Shown: positions 33,400-38,971 of the stretch, piece after piece
Layout: the number at the start of each line of letters is the position of its first letter
How positions within the stretch are numbered: the stretch's first letter is position 1
Origin: Chiloscyllium plagiosum
Lineage: Eukaryota
Direction: 5' to 3'
Assembly: GCF_004010195.1 (NCBI RefSeq)
Contig: NC_057751.1
Span: forward strand, 6,955,934-6,994,904
Length of the DNA stretch: 38,971 nucleotides
Notes under the pieces: generated by a model
The model's input: the letters and a program-made list of their open reading frames with translations, nothing else
Databases searched by the model: none
What the model was told of the DNA's origin: nothing
Made by a program: the position numbers and the translations under genes

Positions 33400-35000
33400 G
33401 AAGAGGGGTGTCAATTAAGTCCTGTCTGGGTTGTTGCATCTGACATGGCATTACTCCATCATGTGTAAGGAAATGTTCCTCCTGCTCATTGTCCTCATCT
33501 TCCTGCTCAGAAGACTGTTGCAAGTCTCCCTGCTCTTCAGCATCCATCACATCCCCTCTTTGCCTGCTCCAGATGTGCACAACACAGCACGCAAGGATTC
33601 TGTGGTGCTCTGTACTGATCTAAGCAGCAAAGTCTCATCTTCCAGAGGCCTATTGTATCTTCCATGATGATACATAATGGTTAAACAATGGGCTGCATTG
33701 TATCCACCCTCACCATTAGTCGGGGGGTTCCACATCAAGTCATTAGCCATGGTTGCAGAGGGTAGCCCTTTTTTCCCAGTACAATTCATGCAACGCGTTC
33801 AACCGTTGAGATGAAGCAGGAACCTGAGAGTTTTCAAGGATTTAGGTATAGTGGCAGGCTTAGGATACTTGGTGCATGCGCCTAAGATGCAGGACCAATG
33901 ATCACAGATGATTTCCATATTGGTATCATGGTTTCCTTTCTATTGATGAAGTCAGTTGCATTATGATATGGCACTCTCAATTTAATGTTCATGCAGTCTG
34001 TAGCACCCGCACCAGAGGAAGCCAGTTATTTTGGCACAGCTTACTGCAATACTGACCTTATCATGGTGAAACAAGATGAAGCCGTGTGATCTGTCACTAA
34101 TTGATTTGAGAACAATCTTAACACATTTCTGGGTTAAGGATTAAGAGTTCTCATTGGCTCCTGAGAAGCAACCAGGTCATGAAACTTCAGTGCATCTGTC
34201 ATTTTGATAGCCAACAGGACTGGATGGCAACTCATACCTTCAGGTCACATGTCCCAATCAACCAGGGAACTCGGTTCTGTGGCAATTCATAGAGTCATAG
34301 AATCATAGAGATGTACGGCATGGAAACAGACCCTTTTGTCCAACTCATCCATGCCGACCCAATCCAGTCCTATCTGCCAGCACCCGGCCCATATCCCTCC
34401 AAACCCTTCCTATTCATTTTCCCATTTAGATGCCTTTTAAATGTTGCAGTTGTACTAGCCTCCACCACTTCCTCTGGCAGCTCATTCCGTACATGTACCA
34501 CCCTCTGCGTGAAAAAGTTGTCCCTTAGGTCTCTTTTATATCTTTCCCCTCTCATCCTAAACCTATGCCCTCGAGATCTGGACTCCCCTACCCCAGGGAA
34601 AAGACTTTGTCTATTTATCCTATCCGTGCCCCTCATGATTTTATAAACCTCTATAAGGTCACCCCCTTATCCTCTGACGCTCCAGGGAAAACAGCCTTAG
34701 CCTATCCAACCTCTCCCTGTAGCTCAAATCCTCCAAACCTGGCAACATCCTTGTAAATATTTTCTGAACCCTTTTAAGTTCCTGAGGATATGTTCAGTCT
34801 GTGGCAATAATGCATCTAGCTCACCTGGAGGAAGTGGCATTGAGGACGATCGACTCTGGGCCTCTACAACATCCTCCGCATTTTGAAGGGATTTTCAGCT
34901 GCAACGTCTTCACGTGAAAGCTTTTCAGCATTTGTTGGAGGTTGCTGCTGGTCCTGGGCTTGCTGACGTTTGTATCTCCTCTGTTTCTGAGCCTTTCATT
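33400..35000 (-). pseudogene. PIF/Harbinger (HARBI1-like) DDE transposase fossil, split by a CR1
   Basis: Ordered minus-strand motifs: RPRVDRPQCHFLQVS (~34830-34870); HPVLLAIKMTDALKF; GATDCMNIKLRVP...FINRK; LGKKGYPLQPWLMT; YNAAH; EDTIGLWKMRLCCLD; ACCVVHI; acidic tail. Confidence 0.8.
34287..34797 (-). mobile_element. 5'-truncated CR1 with TSD
   Basis: RGHRFRMRGERYKRDLRDNFFTQRVV...ELPEEVVEA; 11-bp TSD TCTGTGGCAAT at 34276-34286 and 34798-34808. Confidence 0.92.
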
Positions 35001-37194
35001 GCACCAGGGCCACAGTGACAGTACGCTGGATCCATTTAGTCACCAATTCCAATGAACCTGTGTGGAGAACATCACAAACCGAACAGGTCATTCGTAACGT
35101 AGGCAGTCAGCATTCTCATTACACACAATTCAATAGTTTAGCATGGTCCTGCACACTGTCAGACATGGAGAATTCGATGAAGGAGGGCAATGGAATGCCT
35201 GATGTGGACCTTTGATACTATGGACCTTATTCTGACACATGCAACATAAGCCATGCCATGAAAATGCAGTTGAACATTTTAAATGGAGATCAGCTACATA
35301 CCCTTCTGCAGCCTTTGATACCTTGGCTGGTCTTTGTAACTTGTGGCCAGCAGGTGATGCTTTTAAGGTCAACGTGTCTCCCCCTCTCACCGACCGATCA
35401 CTGCTGATGGCCATGACAATCTGCCTGGCTTTTTGTCTGTGCTAACAAGGCAAGGCAAGTATAGAACTGTGACTCTGCGGATTCTTAAGATGGCAAAGTG
35501 CAAAAAGACAAAGCAAGGCAGAGATGCTGTGAGTATCCATGTTGGTGTGAACTGAGTGAGTGTGAAAGAAGCAAGTGAAGAGCCCTGAGGTGCATTATGG
35601 ACCAATGATGAGAAGAGTGTCTATTCCAGCAAGCAAAGCAACAGTACGGTGGAAGGTGTTGGTGCACCTCAAGGTGCAACATTCAGGTGAAAAACTCTAA
35701 GTGTTCTAACTGAGTTGAAGATGTGCTGTTATAATGCGCTGAGTCTGGTGCCAGTCTCTGTGAATAGGGGCTGCAGACAGTTTCTACCCACGGAGAGTGT
35801 CCTGGATGTTGCAGAGTACTGACTCAGGTGGAGGCCCGGAGTGGCAAGTAACGAGCCACCTGGTTCCTGCTCTCACCTTGATGTCAGGATTTGGCGTAGT
35901 CAAGTTTCCTTCAGTGGCTCAGGGGAAAAGTACGTAAATGAGGTGAGGTTAGGTAATAATGGGATGTTGACGTATGCAAGAATGTCCCTTGCAGCTCACA
36001 AACAAGGTTCTTGCCTTGCCGACCAAACCTTGTGTACAAAATCGAACTTGTCTCAATGCCCAAGAATTACATTCTTCTGACCTTTTCCCATATTTTCCCA
36101 ACTTGGTTTTCCAGTTCCAATATCATTCAGGAGCACACACAGTCAGATACACTGAAATGCACATCTACTGATACACATATTGAAAGGGACATACCCCAGC
36201 CACTCGGAGTTCCATAGTGCGACTATCTGAGTGTCCGTTGCAGAGAGCCACATACACAATGAGCTGTATGGCCCTAACCTGTGCTGAAACCAGCTTATTA
36301 TTTATAAAGTTCCCACCACTCCCCCTCTTCCAGGCTCCACCAGAATTGACAGCACATTAAATTTTATCCGGTATCGTGTCTAGTTTTCCACCTGGGGTTC
36401 TCAAGAAGAATTTGGTCCCCAAGTAACAAGATCCAGTAATATCCACTGTCAAAAGATTTGAGCATTTATTTGATGTTCTTTGTTGTGCGTATTACTCAAT
36501 TGAGAACAGAAGAGTTCTTAATCATGTGACTCAAAGTACAAAAGTAATATGCACCACTCATTGCTTTCAAAAATTCCCATACACGATCTTTATGGATCAT
36601 CTTAACATTTAGAGGTGGTATTATTAGTAACTCAGGATAGTGATGGGCAGAGAGAAATGGCCAACTTATTTCAGACAGATCTTTGCCTTAAACCATCAGC
36701 AGAATAGGCACAGACACTGGGGATTGACTTGAAATGTAGACAGCTGAGTAAATACACATTATTAATTTGGCTGCCGGTTAAAATCCTCTTCCAAAGACAA
36801 AACACTGTTGGTGCCAGAAGGCTGAAGTAAATGCAGAACAATACTGCAAGTACTCGGCAGGCGAGTTGTGTTTATGGAGAGGGGCAGAGTACAAACAGAG
36901 AATCACCTTTCAGGTTGCTCTCAAATCATTGTTTTGCAGAGTGCACCCTGTGAGCAGAACAAAGCAACATTCTCTATTCAACCCACTGCCCCAAAATGAA
37001 ACATGTAGTGTCTTAAAACTTTATTTTCCCTCCATAAATAATCAAACTGTAAGAGTGAAATGAGTGTGTGGTGGTTTAACACGTTTTGATTTCGACACAA
37101 GCTGTCTCAAAATTTGATCCCAATAGCTGATGCTGGATCTGTGTTATTATTCGCAATTGTTCCGTGATTTGGCTGTGGTTACGTGATACTTCAT

Positions 37195-37870
37195 TTGATT
37201 TGGTTTGATTTCTCATTGTCACATGTACTGAGATGCAGGGATAAGTATTATTTTTGCAAGCTAACCAGACAAATCACACCTTACATAACTGCATCAGGGT
37301 AAAAGAAAGAATGTAGAATATTGTGTTACAGCTACACAGAAGGTGCAGAGAAAGATCAACTCTAATATATGAGAGGTCTGTTGAAAGGTCTCATAACAGT
37401 GGGGAAGAAGCTGTTCTTAAATCTGTTGGTACGTGTTTTCAAACTTGTGTATCTTCTGTCCGATGGAAGAGGGTAGAAGAGAGGATAATTGGGGTGGGAG
37501 CGGTCTTTAATTATGTTGGCTGCTTTCCAGAGGCAGTGGAAAGTCTGAACAAAGTCAATGGAAGGAAGGCTGGTTTTCATGATGGACTGGGCTGCGTTCA
37601 CAATTCTCTAAGTTCTTGCAGTCTTGGGCAGAGCAGTTGCCATACCAAGCTGCGATGTATCCAGACAGGATACTTTGGATGGTGTATCTATAAAAACTGG
37701 TAAGAGTCATTGTGGACAAGCCAAATTTCCTTAGCCTTCTGAGGAAGTAGAGGCGTTGGTGTGCTTCCTTGGCTGCAGCGCCAATGTGGATGGATGAGGA
37801 TAGATCGTTGATGATACTTACTCCAAGGAACTTGAAGCTCTCAACTACCTCCACCTCACACCATTGGCTG
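37195..37870 (-). mobile_element. Rex1/Babar-like LINE 3' part
   Basis: VEVVESFKFLGV...AKEAHQRLYFLRRLRKFG...FYRYTIQSILSGYIAAWYGNCS; TNRFKNSFFP. Confidence 0.85.
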
Positions 37871-38179
37871 CTCACTGATCATCGTGGGATTTGAGCTCAT
37901 CGAGATGTTCTTGTACAGTGAGGCTGCCTCACTTCAACATCAACAAGAGGATGGTAACTATTTATCGAAGTTACCTATTGTTTTCATACTTATTAACATG
38001 TTTCCAACTTGACTTGGCATTTCCCATGTCATTCAGGGTTTGAGAGATTCTGTGTGCACAGGCTGTTGGAACTGACAAGACTCACGTGACAGTCATACCA
38101 CCCAGGCAATGACCATTGAAGAGAAAATCTAACCATCTAACTCTTGATACTCAGTGGTATCACCATCACTGAAACCCCT

Positions 38180-38620
38180 GGTAATTGGCCAAGGTCAAAT
38201 TTGCCCTGTTTATTTTTGTGTATGGAATATATCTGGGCAATTTTCCATGTTGTTAGGTAGATGCCAGTATTGTAGCTGTATTCGAATAGCTTGCTTAGGG
38301 GTGCAGTTAGTTCTGGAGTACATAGCTGGATTGGTCGTGCTAAATTGCCCAGAGCATCCAGGGATGTGCAGGCCAGGTGTATTAGCCTTGGGAAGTGCCA
38401 GATTAGAGGGTTACGGTTGGAGGGGGTGGGATGTTCTTCACAGCGACATTGGGGCCGGTGGGCTGAATGGCCTCTTTCCGCACTGTCGGGATTCTGTGTG
38501 TTCAGTCCAGTTGCCAGAATGTTGTCAGGGCTCAGAGCCTTTGCAATATCCATTGCCTCCTTCTGTTTCTTGATATCACGTGAAGTGAAGTGAATTGATT
38601 GACTGGGTATCTGTGATGCT
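38180..38620 (-). mobile_element. Non-LTR RT-proximal fragment with a nested truncated HE1-like SINE (~38327-38498, +)
   Basis: KALSPDNILATGL...CTPELTAPLSKLFEYSYNTGIYLTTWKIAQI; the insert carries gctaaattgccc...gggctgaatggcct. Confidence 0.75.
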
Positions 38621-38748
38621 GAAAACCTCTGGATCAGACCAGATCTAACCTTGATCAGATGAACCAATGGGCCAAGAAGTAGCAGATGTTGTTTAATTCA
38701 GATAAATGTGAAATGCAGCATTTTGGAAAAGCAAATCAGGGTAGACTT

Positions 38749-38971
38749 ATAGAGTCATAGAGTCATAGAGATGTACAGCATGGAAACAGACCCTTCAGTC
38801 CAACCCGTCCATGCCGACCAGATATCCCAACCCAATCTAGTCCCACCTGCCAGCACCCGGCCCATATCCCTCCAAACCCTTCCTATTCATATACCCATCC
38901 AAATGCCTCTTAAATATTGCAATTGTACCAGCTCCCACCACATCCTCTGGTAGCTCATTCCATACATGTAC
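38749..38971 (-). mobile_element. CR1 3' end (continues past window)
   Basis: (AGAGTCAT)n tail and 3' UTR highly similar to 34287-34500. Confidence 0.9.

Noticed and set aside
38137..38667. 176-aa ORF as a gene
   Set aside because: Chance read-through of a LINE fragment and a nested SINE.
12128..38971. Next UNC5D exon (expected to start VEWLKNE-like)
   Set aside because: Not found by eye. The VECRWV stretch at 22153 lacks the following Ig2 residues; the exon probably lies beyond the window.

Overview
Eukaryotic, repeat-rich vertebrate genomic DNA. The repeat repertoire (HE1-type V-SINEs, CR1/HER1-like LINEs, Penelope, Deu-SINE) points to a shark or other elasmobranch (inference). The window lies inside a large + strand gene, the netrin receptor UNC5D. 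Two coding exons are visible, 5601-5744 (144 nt) and 12024-12127 (104 nt), and they splice in frame. The rest is intron filled with decayed mobile elements: a complete but dead Gmr1-type gypsy LTR retrotransposon with integrase placed before RT, a related solo LTR, a near full-length CR1 LINE bracketed by a ~275-bp direct repeat, Penelope-like elements, a PIF/Harbinger transposase fossil, Tx1 and Rex1 LINE fragments, and many SINEs. The most unusual patterns are: (1) at least five short fold-back (hairpin) insertions made of Penelope-type termini, mostly turning around at a hammerhead-ribozyme motif; (2) two structural-RNA/SINE chimeras, an 18S rRNA fragment and a tRNA-Asn copy, each 13-14 nt upstream of an HE1 SINE; (3) the very long direct repeat around the CR1. 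No prokaryotic genes or CRISPR arrays are present. Bases 45-777 are an assembly gap. Family names come from recognising motifs by eye, not from database searches.
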